This document shows, in pieces, positions 1 through 9,385 of a stretch of 64,000 nt of DNA (positions are counted from its first letter, which is position 1; every line of letters starts with the position of its first letter). Position numbers and translations under genes: made by a program. Origin of the DNA: Patescibacteria group bacterium. Its GTDB lineage: Bacteria; Patescibacteriota; Microgenomatia; 2-02-FULL-39-11. Below the pieces are notes generated by a model. That model did not search any database. It saw nothing but the letters and a program-made list of their open reading frames with translations, and was not told the DNA's origin. Location: assembly GCA_023379265.1 (NCBI GenBank), contig JAMCUI010000009.1, positions 252,908-316,907 of the forward strand, written 5' to 3'.

Positions 1-1
1 A

Positions 2-769
2 GCAAAATCTTTTTCAGTCAGGCTTTTCAAACACGCATATACCGGTTTTGTGGAACCGGCCCGCAATTTCGCCATCTCCAAAGCCAAAGGCGATTGGGTT
101 TTGATACTTGATGCAGATGAGGAAATTCCCAAAACATTGGCAGATTACATTAAGGATATTGTACTGGGCAAGAAAGTTGATTTCTGCCGTATACCACGTA
201 AGAATATCATTTTTGACAAGTGGATAACGCATGCAGGATGGTGGCCGGATTACCAGATCAGATTTTTCAAAAAAGGCATGGTGACATGGACCGATAAGAT
301 TCATGGGATTCCTTTGACCCGGGGGAACGGTTTGGACTTTCCTGCTGAAGAGTCTTTAAGCATCGTCCATCATAATTATCAGACTATCGAGCAGTTTATT
401 GAAAGGCTGAATCGCTACTCGGGTATTGCTGCCAAGGAAATGTATCTTGCCGACAAGAGGTTTAAACCTGAATGTCTTTTTGACCTGCCTGTACGTGAGT
501 TTGTCCAAAGGTATTTTGTTCAGGAGGGTTATAAGGATGGAGTGCACGGTTTGGGTTTGTCTCTTTTGCAGTCTTTTTCGGAGATCTCTGTGTATCTGAA
601 GCTTTGGGAACTGGAAAACTTCAAAGAGGAAAAAATATCCGTTGAGGACGTACGGTCTATGATAGAAAATGAATACAGGCACAAAAGATATTGGCTATAC
701 GATCTTTTTCTTTCCAAGCCCCATTCCATCCTTGAGTCCTTAATCTGGCGCATAAAAAGAAAATTATGA
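2..769 (+). CDS. Family 2 glycosyltransferase (GT-A fold), 5'-truncated by the window edge
   Basis: The reading frame is open from nt 2 with no upstream stop, so the gene starts before the window. DXD-type motif 'GDWVLILDADEEI'. The C-terminal half is paralogous to ORFs 1671-2444 and 24229-25032 (shared 'W-PDY-R-F/Y-KG' and 'YLKLWE' segments). Confidence 0.7.
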   Translation, partial: AKSFSVRLFKHAYTGFVEPARNFAISKAKGDWVLILDADEEIPKTLADYIKDIVLGKKVDFCRIPRKNIIFDKWITHAGWWPDYQIRFFKKGMVTWTDKIHGIPLTRGNGLDFPAEESLSIVHHNYQTIEQFIERLNRYSGIAAKEMYLADKRFKPECLFDLPVREFVQRYFVQEGYKDGVHGLGLSLLQSFSEISVYLKLWELENFKEEKISVEDVRSMIENEYRHKRYWLYDLFLSKPHSILESLIWRIKRKL

Positions 770-1674
770 TTTCCAAAACAGCCGTAATTATACTTCACTA
801 CAAGAGTTGGAAGGATACAGCCGTATGTCTGTCTTCTATTTATTCGAGAGGATCCGATTTGGGGAATAAAAAGGTATATATTGTTTCCAATTCGGGAGAC
901 TTTGGAATTCCTTCTGAAATTGATAAACGGTATAAGGGAATAGAGCTTATTATTAATGATTCTAATATCGGTTACTCAGCTGCCAACAATGTGGGTTTGA
1001 GGAAAGCCTTACAGGATGGTTATAAATATTTCATATTACTGAACAATGATACTTTGGTATCTGCAAAATCATTAGACAACTTAGCCGCTTTTGGCTTTAA
1101 AAACCCCCAGGTAGGTCTTGTCTCTCCAAAGATTTATTTTGCCTCTGGCAGCGAATACCATTCACAAAGGTACACAGGGGATGAAAAGGGCCGTGTCATA
1201 TGGTATGCGGGAGGCCTTATAGACTGGAAAAACATTTATGCTTCGCACAGGGGAGTGGATGAGGTGGATACAGGTCAATATGATGAAATTTGCGATACCG
1301 GTTTTTCCACAGGCTGCTGTATGTTTATAAGTGGAAACGTTATAGATAAAATAGGTTTTCTTGATGAGAAGTATTTTCTCTATTTTGAGGATGTGGATTT
1401 TTCACTGAGGGCAAAAAGAGCAGGATTTGAAATAAAATATTATCCGGGGGTTTCCATATGGCACAAAAATGCAGAGACTTCAGGAAAACCGGGTTCAAAA
1501 CTGCACATTTATTACCAGCTTCGCAACAGGCTATATTTTGGCATCCGGTATGCTCCGCTTAGGGCAAAAAAATCCCTTCTTCTGGAAAGCTTCAGAGATT
1601 TATTTAAAGGAAACATCTTCAGACAGGCAGTAGCTGATTTTTATAAAGGTAAGATGGGTAAGGGAAAATTATGA
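766..1674 (+). CDS. Family 2 glycosyltransferase, rhamnosyl/galactosyltransferase-like
   Basis: 'VIILHYKS' N-terminal strand, 'NIGYSAANNVG' and 'LLNNDT' (DXD) motifs, and 'EKYFLYFEDVDFSLRAKRAGFEI' C-terminal GT2 signature. The start overlaps the upstream stop (ATGA). Confidence 0.75.
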   Translation: MISKTAVIILHYKSWKDTAVCLSSIYSRGSDLGNKKVYIVSNSGDFGIPSEIDKRYKGIELIINDSNIGYSAANNVGLRKALQDGYKYFILLNNDTLVSAKSLDNLAAFGFKNPQVGLVSPKIYFASGSEYHSQRYTGDEKGRVIWYAGGLIDWKNIYASHRGVDEVDTGQYDEICDTGFSTGCCMFISGNVIDKIGFLDEKYFLYFEDVDFSLRAKRAGFEIKYYPGVSIWHKNAETSGKPGSKLHIYYQLRNRLYFGIRYAPLRAKKSLLLESFRDLFKGNIFRQAVADFYKGKMGKGKL

Positions 1675-2444
1675 AAAACGCAGATATAAGCGCCATCATT
1701 ATAACCAAAAACGAAGAAAAAGACATAGAAGGTTGCATAAAAACATTGCCCTTTGCAAAAGAAATTATTGTTGTTGATAATGGTTCAACTGATAAGACAG
1801 TCGATAAGGCAAAATCTTTGGATGCAAAAGTGGTTGTAAGCGGTACTCTTGATTTTTCCTATCTGCGCAATCTGGGCCGCGAAAAGGCCGAACATGAATG
1901 GCTTTTTTATATTGATGCTGACGAAAGAGTGACGCCGCACCTCAAGGAAAGTCTTGTAAAAGCAGCAAAAAATATAAGGGGAAAATACTGTGCCTATGCT
2001 GTCAGGCGGAAAAATTATTACCTGGGAGTGGAATGGCCAAATGAGGAAAAGATGGTCAGACTGGTTAGGAAAAAGGATCTTCTGGGTTGGTACGGATCAC
2101 TGCACGAGACGCCCCAGGTGCTTGGTAAGGTAGACGATATAAAAGAGGGTATTTTACTCCATTTTGCTCATAACGACATTTCCGAGATGGTGGAAAAGAC
2201 AAATCAATGGTCCAACCTTGAGGCACAATTGCGCTACAAGAACAACCATCCTAATATGACTCCGTGGCGGTTTTTTAGGGTGATGTCGACTGCTTTTATG
2301 AAATCATATGTTACCGACGGAGGTTATAAAGCTGGCACTACCGGTCTTATAGAGAGTGTTTATCAGTCATTTAGCATGTTTATCACCTATGCTAAATTGT
2401 GGGAAAAGCAAAATGGCGATAAGTTGTATGATGAAGAAAAATAA
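1671..2444 (+). CDS. Family 2 glycosyltransferase
   Basis: 'ISAIIITKNEEKDIEGCIKTL...IIVVDNGSTDKT' and 'YIDADE' motifs. Paralog of ORFs 2-769 and 24229-25032. ATGA overlap with the upstream gene. Confidence 0.75.
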   Translation: MKNADISAIIITKNEEKDIEGCIKTLPFAKEIIVVDNGSTDKTVDKAKSLDAKVVVSGTLDFSYLRNLGREKAEHEWLFYIDADERVTPHLKESLVKAAKNIRGKYCAYAVRRKNYYLGVEWPNEEKMVRLVRKKDLLGWYGSLHETPQVLGKVDDIKEGILLHFAHNDISEMVEKTNQWSNLEAQLRYKNNHPNMTPWRFFRVMSTAFMKSYVTDGGYKAGTTGLIESVYQSFSMFITYAKLWEKQNGDKLYDEEK

Positions 2445-2457
2445 AGAGACCAAAAAG

Positions 2458-3528
2458 ATGAAAATAGGGATATACAGTCCTTATCTGGATACATTGGGGG
2501 GAGGGGAAAGGTATATATTGTCTATTGCCCGGTATTTGAAAAGCCAAAAAGACTATGCCGTCTATATCTATGGGGATGTGCGTCTGCGGGAGAAAATTGA
2601 ATCAATGTTAAGTATTGATCTTTCCGGTGTCTATTTTTTGCCTCAATCACAGATAATAAAAACTGGCCCTCTTTCCAAAATCATAAGACCTCGGATGTAT
2701 GACATTTTTTTTTACATGACGGACGGTAGCCTTTTTTTTCCGATTGCCAAGAGGAATTTTCTAATAATGCAATCACCTATTCATCTGACTAAAAAGTCAC
2801 TACTGAATAAAGTGAAATTGCATAATTGGGAAATTTTGTGCTATTCGGAATTTATGGCGGGTGTGATTTTTGACAGGTTGGGACTTGAAGCCACCGTTTT
2901 ATCCCCTCCGGTTGAGACTGAAAAGTTGCAATATAGTGGAGAAAAAAAACAAAATATAATTTTGTCTGTTGGCCGATTTTTTATAAATCCCCACAACAAG
3001 AAGCAGGAATTCCTTATAGACGTTTTCCGACGAAGCTATAAAAAATATTTTTCAGGATGGAAACTAATTCTTGCTGGAGGCTTCCTACCAAGTAAAAAAA
3101 CAAATATTGAAATGAACAGGTTGAAAGAGACAATCGGGAGCTTTCCTATAGAGTTCTATACAAACGTTAATTTCCACGAATTGGTAAGACTTTATAGAAA
3201 ATCAAAAATATATTGGCATGCGACTGGTTACGGTGAAGACTTACAGTTATATCCTGAAAGGGCGGAACACTTTGGTATTACTACTTTGGAGGCGATGTCA
3301 GCCCAGTGCGTACCGGTTGTTTTTAATGGCGGCGGTCAGGTGGATATAATAAATGACGGTATAGACGGTTATTTCTGGAAAAGCGAGAAGGAGTTGTTGT
3401 ATAAAACAACCATTTTAATGAAGGATGAAAGGCTCAGGAAAAAGATGTCTTTGGAATCAGTAAAAAGAGCAGCAGATTTCGGACCTAAAAAATTCTATGA
3501 AAAGATTGACCAAATTCTTTCAGAATAA
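2458..3528 (+). CDS. GT4-family (GT-B fold) glycosyltransferase
   Basis: 'MKIGIYSPYLDTLGGGERY' N-terminus and 'EHFGITTLEAMSAQCVPVVFNGGGQVDII' (glycos_transf_1 E-x7-E region). I prefer the ATG at 2458, just after the upstream stop (2444), over the extended track start at 2356. Confidence 0.75.
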   Translation: MKIGIYSPYLDTLGGGERYILSIARYLKSQKDYAVYIYGDVRLREKIESMLSIDLSGVYFLPQSQIIKTGPLSKIIRPRMYDIFFYMTDGSLFFPIAKRNFLIMQSPIHLTKKSLLNKVKLHNWEILCYSEFMAGVIFDRLGLEATVLSPPVETEKLQYSGEKKQNIILSVGRFFINPHNKKQEFLIDVFRRSYKKYFSGWKLILAGGFLPSKKTNIEMNRLKETIGSFPIEFYTNVNFHELVRLYRKSKIYWHATGYGEDLQLYPERAEHFGITTLEAMSAQCVPVVFNGGGQVDIINDGIDGYFWKSEKELLYKTTILMKDERLRKKMSLESVKRAADFGPKKFYEKIDQILSE

Positions 3529-5809
3529 TTTTTTCCCGCTTCTTATACTGTTATTGGTAATCATTTTTTTTTACCCGGTCTTTTTGCAGGGTAAACTTCC
3601 CATTCCTGCCGATACCATAACAGGTATGTATTATCCTTTTAAGGATGTGTCTTTTGCCGGCTATCCGTCAGGTGTGCCATACAAAAACTTTCTGACGACA
3701 GATCCTGTAAGACAACAATATGTCTGGCGGTATGCGGCAATGTCACAAATGGCAAAGGGTGAACTACCTCTTTGGAATCCTTACTCATTTTCCGGTACTC
3801 CTCTTTTGGCCAATTTCCAATCAGCACCTTTTTATCCCCTGAATGTCTTATTTATATTTCTGCCCTTTGATGTCGCCTGGACAATTCTTGTTATTGTTCA
3901 ACCTCTTCTTGCCGGTATATTTTTATATTTTTATTTGAAGGAAATCGGAACAGGAAAGATGGGTGCTTTCATAGGATCCATAGCGTTTGCCTTTTCAGGT
4001 TTCAGCATTGCCTGGTTGGAATGGAATACGGTTATACAAACCGCACTCTGGCTTCCATTATTATTGTTATCGATTGAGAGAATTATTCAGACTATCGGCA
4101 ATTTTCAAAATTCAAAACTGCAGGTAAGAAAAAGGAAGATAATTATTTGGGTGGGGATTTTTACTTTTTCCTTAATCTTCTCTTTTTTTGCCGGACATTT
4201 GCAAGTTCTCTTTTATGAGTTTCTAGTCACTAATTTTTATTTAACGATCAAAATTGTACTGGCGAGGAAAAATAAACTAAAGATTATTTTGCTCTTCGCA
4301 TTTAGTTATTTATTATTTGTTGTTTTGACGTCAATTCAATGGTTGCCTTTACTGCGCTTCATCATGCTTTCAGCCAGGAATGTCGATCAGGGAAACTATA
4401 CGCATGTTGCCGGCTGGTTTCTCCCTTGGCAAAACCTTGTTCAATTTATTGCTCCTGACTTTTTCGGTAATCCATCAACGAATAACTATTGGGGGATATG
4501 GAATTACGGTGAATTTATCGGTTTCATAGGTATTTTACCTCTTATTCTTGCTTTGTATGCGCTTGTATTTCGTTATAGCAAGAAGGCCCTTTTTTTCTCG
4601 ACCGTTTTTTTCCTAAGTCTTATTTTTTCCCTGCCAAATGTCTTTTCAATGCTGCCTTTCAGTTTGCATCTTCCTCTTCTTTCTTCAAGTCAGCCCACAA
4701 GATTGATGTTTCTTGTGGATTTTTCGCTCTCTATTCTGGCGGCATTTGGTTTTGATAATCTCTCATCAGATAAAAATATAAGGAAAATATTGTGGGTTTT
4801 AATTCCTGTTGCTGTCGTTTTTATTCTTCTTTGGATATTTGTTTTGAAGTTTCCCCTTTTTAATCTGAATATCTCTGCGGCGGACATTTCTGTTTCCAAA
4901 AGAAATCTTTTTTTGCCGAGTATAGTATATTTGTTTTCTGCGATATTATTGCTGGGGATAGCGTCAATGAAAATGAATAATAAAATCCCTCTATTTTTTT
5001 TGCTGATTATCATTTTTATTGCAGAGATTTTCAGGTTTGGCTGGAAATTTACCCCATTTTCCAAAAGCGAATTCCTTTATCCTCCAACAACTATCACTAA
5101 TTTTATAAAAAAAGACAAAAATAATTTTAGAATGATGACTACGGATAGACGAATAATGCCTTCGAATTTTTCTGTCTACTACGAATTGCAGGATGTAGCA
5201 GGATATGATCCTTTATATCTTCTGTCGTACAATCGGTTTGCGGCTTCGTGGGGAAGGGGAAAGACGGATATAGATGCCGCTTCCTTCAACAGGATTGTAA
5301 CTCCTTCAAATTACGACAGTTTCTTTTCAGATTTATTGGGGGTAAAGTATATAATGAGTTTCGGACCGCTAAAATCAGCAAAGTTAAAGCATATTATGAC
5401 TGAAGGAAATACTTATCTTTATGAAAATAAGAAAGTTTTCCCGAGAGCCTTTTTTGTAGGAAATATTGTCTTTGCATCAAATCCCCAGGAAGAGATGGAC
5501 AAGATGTATTCACTTGCCGATAATTTGCGAAATACCGCTGTGTTGAATAAGAATGTGAAAATCAAACCTCAGAAGAAAGGATTAGAAGATGATAAAGCAG
5601 AGATTGTTCATTATGAGGCAAATGATGTCCAGATTAAGGTTGTTACAACTGCAGAGAGATTGATGGTTTTGACTGATATTTATTATCCGTCGTGGAAGGC
5701 CTCAATCGATGGGAGACCTGCGGAAATTCTCAAGGCTGATTTCCTTTTGCGTGCGATTGTCGTACCAAAAGGCGAACACACAATAATGTTTTATACAAGC
5801 TTGATTTGA
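3497..5809 (+). CDS. YfhO-like polytopic membrane protein (GT-C-related, lipid-linked sugar transferase candidate)
   Basis: 770 aa with many hydrophobic segments. N-terminal 'FYPVFLQGKLPIPADTITGMYYPF' and 'LPLWNPYSFSGTPLLAN' resemble the YfhO family start. C-terminal soluble domain 'IYYPSWKASIDGRPAEI...KGEHTIMFY', shared with ORF 22580-24232. Confidence 0.55.
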   Translation: MKRLTKFFQNNFFPLLILLLVIIFFYPVFLQGKLPIPADTITGMYYPFKDVSFAGYPSGVPYKNFLTTDPVRQQYVWRYAAMSQMAKGELPLWNPYSFSGTPLLANFQSAPFYPLNVLFIFLPFDVAWTILVIVQPLLAGIFLYFYLKEIGTGKMGAFIGSIAFAFSGFSIAWLEWNTVIQTALWLPLLLLSIERIIQTIGNFQNSKLQVRKRKIIIWVGIFTFSLIFSFFAGHLQVLFYEFLVTNFYLTIKIVLARKNKLKIILLFAFSYLLFVVLTSIQWLPLLRFIMLSARNVDQGNYTHVAGWFLPWQNLVQFIAPDFFGNPSTNNYWGIWNYGEFIGFIGILPLILALYALVFRYSKKALFFSTVFFLSLIFSLPNVFSMLPFSLHLPLLSSSQPTRLMFLVDFSLSILAAFGFDNLSSDKNIRKILWVLIPVAVVFILLWIFVLKFPLFNLNISAADISVSKRNLFLPSIVYLFSAILLLGIASMKMNNKIPLFFLLIIIFIAEIFRFGWKFTPFSKSEFLYPPTTITNFIKKDKNNFRMMTTDRRIMPSNFSVYYELQDVAGYDPLYLLSYNRFAASWGRGKTDIDAASFNRIVTPSNYDSFFSDLLGVKYIMSFGPLKSAKLKHIMTEGNTYLYENKKVFPRAFFVGNIVFASNPQEEMDKMYSLADNLRNTAVLNKNVKIKPQKKGLEDDKAEIVHYEANDVQIKVVTTAERLMVLTDIYYPSWKASIDGRPAEILKADFLLRAIVVPKGEHTIMFYTSLI

Positions 5810-5824
5810 TATGAGAAGTTTAAT

Positions 5825-6748
5825 ATGAATAAAAAAATAAGCATTGTTATACCAAACTATAATGGCAGGAATTTGTTTATGAAAAACTTGCCTGAGGTTT
5901 TAAAAGCTGCGAGAGGTGCAGAGATTATAGTTGTGGATGATGCTTCAGAAGATGACAGCGTGGCAATGCTCCGAAAGAATTTTCCCCATATAAACGTTTT
6001 ACAAAGTGAAACCAATCGGGGATTTTCCACTGCGGTAAATAAGGGCGTGATGGCGGCAAAAGGAGAATTAGTGCTTCTTCTTAATAGCGATGTCTATCCA
6101 GAAACTGACTTTTTGGAATATCTTCTGCCCCATTTTGTCGATAATAAAGTTTTTGCAGTAGGATGCCTTCAGAAAAGCGAAGAAGAGAAAAACAGGACCG
6201 TACAGCGAGGCAGAGGTATTGGTGAATTTAAAAATGGATTTCTCATTCACTCAAAAGGAAAGCCCGATAAGAAAAATACTCTTTGGGTTTCAGGAGGAGC
6301 TGGGATTTTCAGAAAAGACTTGTGGAATGATCTGGGGGGGTTGCGGGAAATATATGACCCCTTTTATTGGGAGGATATAGACCTGTCTTACAGAGCGCTG
6401 AAAGCCGGATATAAAGTGGCATTTGAACCAAAAAGCACAGTTTGGCACAAACAAAGTACGGGGGCTATCCGAAACAAATATGACAGCAGTCGAATAAAGG
6501 CAATTTCATATAGGAATCAGATTCTTTTTGTCTGGATGAATATTACTGATTTTGGATTGCTGATTAATCATCTTTTATATTTGGTCTATATTACATCCAA
6601 ATCCATAATTAAGATTGATAAGTCTTTTATATCAGGGCTTTTACAGGCAATAGTAAGATTGCCCCAGGCGATGGTAGAGCGTTTCAAATTTAAGTCAATG
6701 ATTAAAATTAAAGACGAACAGATATTTCTCTTATTTAAGAAAGACTGA
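5825..6748 (+). CDS. Family 2 glycosyltransferase
   Basis: 'ISIVIPNYNGRNL', 'IIVVDDASEDDS', 'LLLNSDV' and 'FYWEDIDLSYRALKAGYKV' motifs. Confidence 0.75.
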   Translation: MNKKISIVIPNYNGRNLFMKNLPEVLKAARGAEIIVVDDASEDDSVAMLRKNFPHINVLQSETNRGFSTAVNKGVMAAKGELVLLLNSDVYPETDFLEYLLPHFVDNKVFAVGCLQKSEEEKNRTVQRGRGIGEFKNGFLIHSKGKPDKKNTLWVSGGAGIFRKDLWNDLGGLREIYDPFYWEDIDLSYRALKAGYKVAFEPKSTVWHKQSTGAIRNKYDSSRIKAISYRNQILFVWMNITDFGLLINHLLYLVYITSKSIIKIDKSFISGLLQAIVRLPQAMVERFKFKSMIKIKDEQIFLLFKKD

Positions 6749-6767
6749 GACGTAAGGCAAGCTGCTT

Positions 6768-6797
6768 TATTTGTTCAGCTTCATTTTGTGCTAAAAT
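6768..6797 (+). promoter_or_regulatory. Candidate promoter upstream of the GT-C array
   Basis: TTGTTC (6771-6776), a 15-nt spacer, then TAAAAT (6792-6797), inside the 82-nt gap before the ATG at 6831. The spacing is suboptimal. Confidence 0.25.
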
Positions 6798-6830
6798 ACT
6801 TGATATTTTGATTAGGTGTTTAGAGTAAAA

Positions 6831-8510
6831 ATGAGACGTCACATTTTTCTATTGGTATCGATTTTTATACTGGCATGTATTTTGCGGCTCTATCAGCTTG
6901 GCAAGACACCTATATCTCTAGAGTGGGATGAGGTAGCCATAGGCTATGACGCTTATTCAATACTGCATACGGGTCGGGATCAATTCGGCACGCTTTTGCC
7001 TTTGACATTCAGGTCTCTTGATGATTACAAGCCTCCAATTTATGAATATATTACAGTTCCTTCAGTGGCTATATTTGGACTAAACTCATTCGGAGTGAGA
7101 TTTCCCTCGGCATTTTTCGGGATACTGACAGTTATTGCCACCTATTTTCTGATCTTTACAATTATGTCGAAGGTGCCCAGGTTGGCAAAAGGAGCCTCAT
7201 ATATAGCTTTTCTTGCGGCATTTCTTCTTTCAGTGTCACCCTGGCATCTGCAGTTTTCCCGGGCGGCTTTTGAAGTAAATGTGTCCGTGTTTATTACAGT
7301 TGTGGCAGTGTATCTTTTTATTGCAGGTTTGGAAAAGTCGCGGCTTTTTGTACTGTCAGCTTTATTTTTCGGCCTTGATCTGTTTTCATATCACAGCACA
7401 AGAGTGGTTGCACCTCTTCTTCTGGTTTCACTTTTTCTTCTATTCAACCGATTGCTGCCGAAAAGAAAATATGTTGTCAGATTTAGTCTTATCTTTGCTG
7501 TATTTTTTGCCGGATTCATATCAATACTCCTTACGCCTGGGTCAGAGATTAGGTTTCAGGCAACAAACATATTCAACGCCGGCGCTAGGTATCTTAACGA
7601 GAAGGATCTTGAGAAAATATTTCTAGACCAGAGACTATTGGATGCGAAAGCGGGCTTTGCCCAGGCCGGAAAAATATTCCATAATCAGAGATTTATTTAT
7701 TCTGATTACGATACTTTGGTAAAAGCATTTAACCATTACCTGTCCAATTTCGGTTTTGAATTTCTGTTTATACGGGGTGATGCACCTTTGCACCATGCTC
7801 CTGGATTCGGACTCATATATGTTTGGGAGTTGCCATTTATACTATTGGGTATTTTGTATATTCTGAAAAACGGGTTAAACCGTTATTCTCTTATATTGCC
7901 CCTTTGGTTTCTTTTCGTGCCCATACCGGACGCCGTTACTCGTGAGGCTCCTCACGCGGTCAGGTCCGAGCTTTTTTTGCCTCTGTGGCAGACATTTGCC
8001 GCAATTGGATTATTTGTAGCCTTTGATTTTGTCAGGAAGGAGTCCCGCTGGGTGGTGGTATTTTCTGTGCTTTTTGCCTTGTCAACTTTTATGGTTGATA
8101 ACAGCTATTATCTGCACCAGTATTATGTGCATACCAATTACGAACTTTCAAAGAATTGGCTATACGGGAGAAAGCAGGCGGTGGAGTATACGGAGAACGT
8201 AAAAGGCAGTTATGATCACGTCTTGGTTTCTATGCATGTTGACATGCCATATATTTTCTGGCTTTTTTACTCCAAATACCCTCCGGCAAAATATCTGGCT
8301 GCGGGAGGTACGGTTTCCGGCGGTTTTGCTGATCAAAGAAATCATTTTGATAAGTATGAATTCAAAAATTTCAATTACAACAATCTGCCGACAAATGAAA
8401 CGTTGCTCTTGGTTGGTGTACCGGGAGATTTTCCGCCAGATGCAAGGATACTCAAAACCATAAGATATATTGACGGTACAAAGGCATTGGAAATAGTTGA
8501 GAATCGGTAG
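6831..8510 (+). CDS. GT-C fold glycosyltransferase, ArnT/PMT-like (GT39/GT83-type), array copy 1
   Basis: Polytopic membrane protein. First-loop 'SLEWDEVAIGYDAYSILHTGRDQFG', 'SVSPWHLQFSRAAFEVNV', 'APHAVRSELFLP', and C-terminal periplasmic domain 'GRKQAVEY...MPYIFWLFYSKYPPAKY'. The ATG at 6831 is preferred over the GTG at 6816. Confidence 0.7.
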   Translation: MRRHIFLLVSIFILACILRLYQLGKTPISLEWDEVAIGYDAYSILHTGRDQFGTLLPLTFRSLDDYKPPIYEYITVPSVAIFGLNSFGVRFPSAFFGILTVIATYFLIFTIMSKVPRLAKGASYIAFLAAFLLSVSPWHLQFSRAAFEVNVSVFITVVAVYLFIAGLEKSRLFVLSALFFGLDLFSYHSTRVVAPLLLVSLFLLFNRLLPKRKYVVRFSLIFAVFFAGFISILLTPGSEIRFQATNIFNAGARYLNEKDLEKIFLDQRLLDAKAGFAQAGKIFHNQRFIYSDYDTLVKAFNHYLSNFGFEFLFIRGDAPLHHAPGFGLIYVWELPFILLGILYILKNGLNRYSLILPLWFLFVPIPDAVTREAPHAVRSELFLPLWQTFAAIGLFVAFDFVRKESRWVVVFSVLFALSTFMVDNSYYLHQYYVHTNYELSKNWLYGRKQAVEYTENVKGSYDHVLVSMHVDMPYIFWLFYSKYPPAKYLAAGGTVSGGFADQRNHFDKYEFKNFNYNNLPTNETLLLVGVPGDFPPDARILKTIRYIDGTKALEIVENR

Positions 8511-8515
8511 ACAGT

Positions 8516-9385
8516 ATGAAAAAGATTTTTTTTCTGGTGCTGATTTTACTTAACACAGTTTTCTTGAGGATATATAAGATCGGGTTGGTTCCACCCCTAA
8601 AGTCACAAGCGGATTTGGATTTACGCTATTTATCTTCAATACTTGGGATACTTTCAGTTTTTTTAATATATTTTTATGTCAAAAAGATATTTCAAGAAAA
8701 CGTAAGGATGGGACTTTTGGGTGCCTGGGTATTCAGTTTGCTGCCTTGGACAATAGAACAAAACCGTATTATTTCCCAGCCGACGTATGCACTTTTCATA
8801 TTAATTATTGCTCTGTTAATTTCGTTGGTAAACAAAAATAAAATAATAAAATATGGAGTTTTTTTTGTTTTTGCCCTAATATTGTATTTTGTCTATCCCC
8901 AGTTCTGGCTTTTCAGACATTTTGCTCATCTTCCGGGGATAAAGGATGTTGCGGATAATGTTTTTATATTGGTTTCGCCTGATCTCCTTTTTTTCAAAAA
9001 TATTACTTTCTGGTGGGGCGGGGTAAGAGACTACGGAATTTTGCTTTTGGGTTTTTTGCCGTTTCTTCTTGTAGGATTTTACCGGGTTGTAGTTTCCCAA
9101 AAAAAGGAAATCCTTCTACCCTTTTTTTTGCTTCTAATGATTTCTGCTTTGAGCCCCTTTTTTCCTGAAAGCCGGGAATATTACCTTACATTACCTTTTA
9201 TTACGGTATTTATATCTGTAGGAATCTGGAATATTTTCCGTAATAAATATTTTTTAAGTAATGTTTTATCGGTTTTTCTTTTTCTTTTTTTAATATATGA
9301 TTTTGCCGGATTTCTTCATTTTTACCAAATACATTACCCGCAATTTATTATAGGTAACCTACACAATATACATGTACCATATTAA
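8516..9385 (+). CDS. Degenerate/truncated paralog of the GT-C array (possible gene remnant or non-catalytic subunit)
   Basis: 289 aa, hydrophobic. The N-terminus aligns with array paralogs ('FLRIYKIGLVPPLKSQADLDLRY' against 'VLRVWNTNYAPPGLNRDEAAIGY'), but the DE pair is replaced and the ~50-aa 'NAYSIL-TGKDEYG' loop is missing. 'SLLPWTIEQNRI' corresponds to the 'ISPWHI-FSR' motif. The conserved C-terminal domain is absent. Confidence 0.45.
   Translation: MKKIFFLVLILLNTVFLRIYKIGLVPPLKSQADLDLRYLSSILGILSVFLIYFYVKKIFQENVRMGLLGAWVFSLLPWTIEQNRIISQPTYALFILIIALLISLVNKNKIIKYGVFFVFALILYFVYPQFWLFRHFAHLPGIKDVADNVFILVSPDLLFFKNITFWWGGVRDYGILLLGFLPFLLVGFYRVVVSQKKEILLPFFLLLMISALSPFFPESREYYLTLPFITVFISVGIWNIFRNKYFLSNVLSVFLFLFLIYDFAGFLHFYQIHYPQFIIGNLHNIHVPY

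Noticed and set aside
14-798. Three minus-strand ORFs from the track (14-304, 356-682, 529-798; 89-108 aa) inside the first GT2 gene
   Set aside because: They lie antisense to a plus-strand ORF that has clear GT2 motifs. They have low-complexity, stop-free translations typical of AT-rich antisense frames and no recognisable domains.
2356-2457. N-terminal extension of the GT4 ORF in the track (start at 2356)
   Set aside because: The extension overlaps the upstream gene by 89 nt and encodes a non-conserved peptide. The in-frame ATG at 2458, directly after the upstream stop, gives a canonical GT4 N-terminus (MKIGIYSPY).
7279-7626. 115-aa same-strand alternate-frame ORF inside GT-C array copy 1
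   Set aside because: It is fully nested in a conserved membrane-protein gene and has a Cys/Phe-rich composition with no motifs. It is an out-of-frame read-through artefact.
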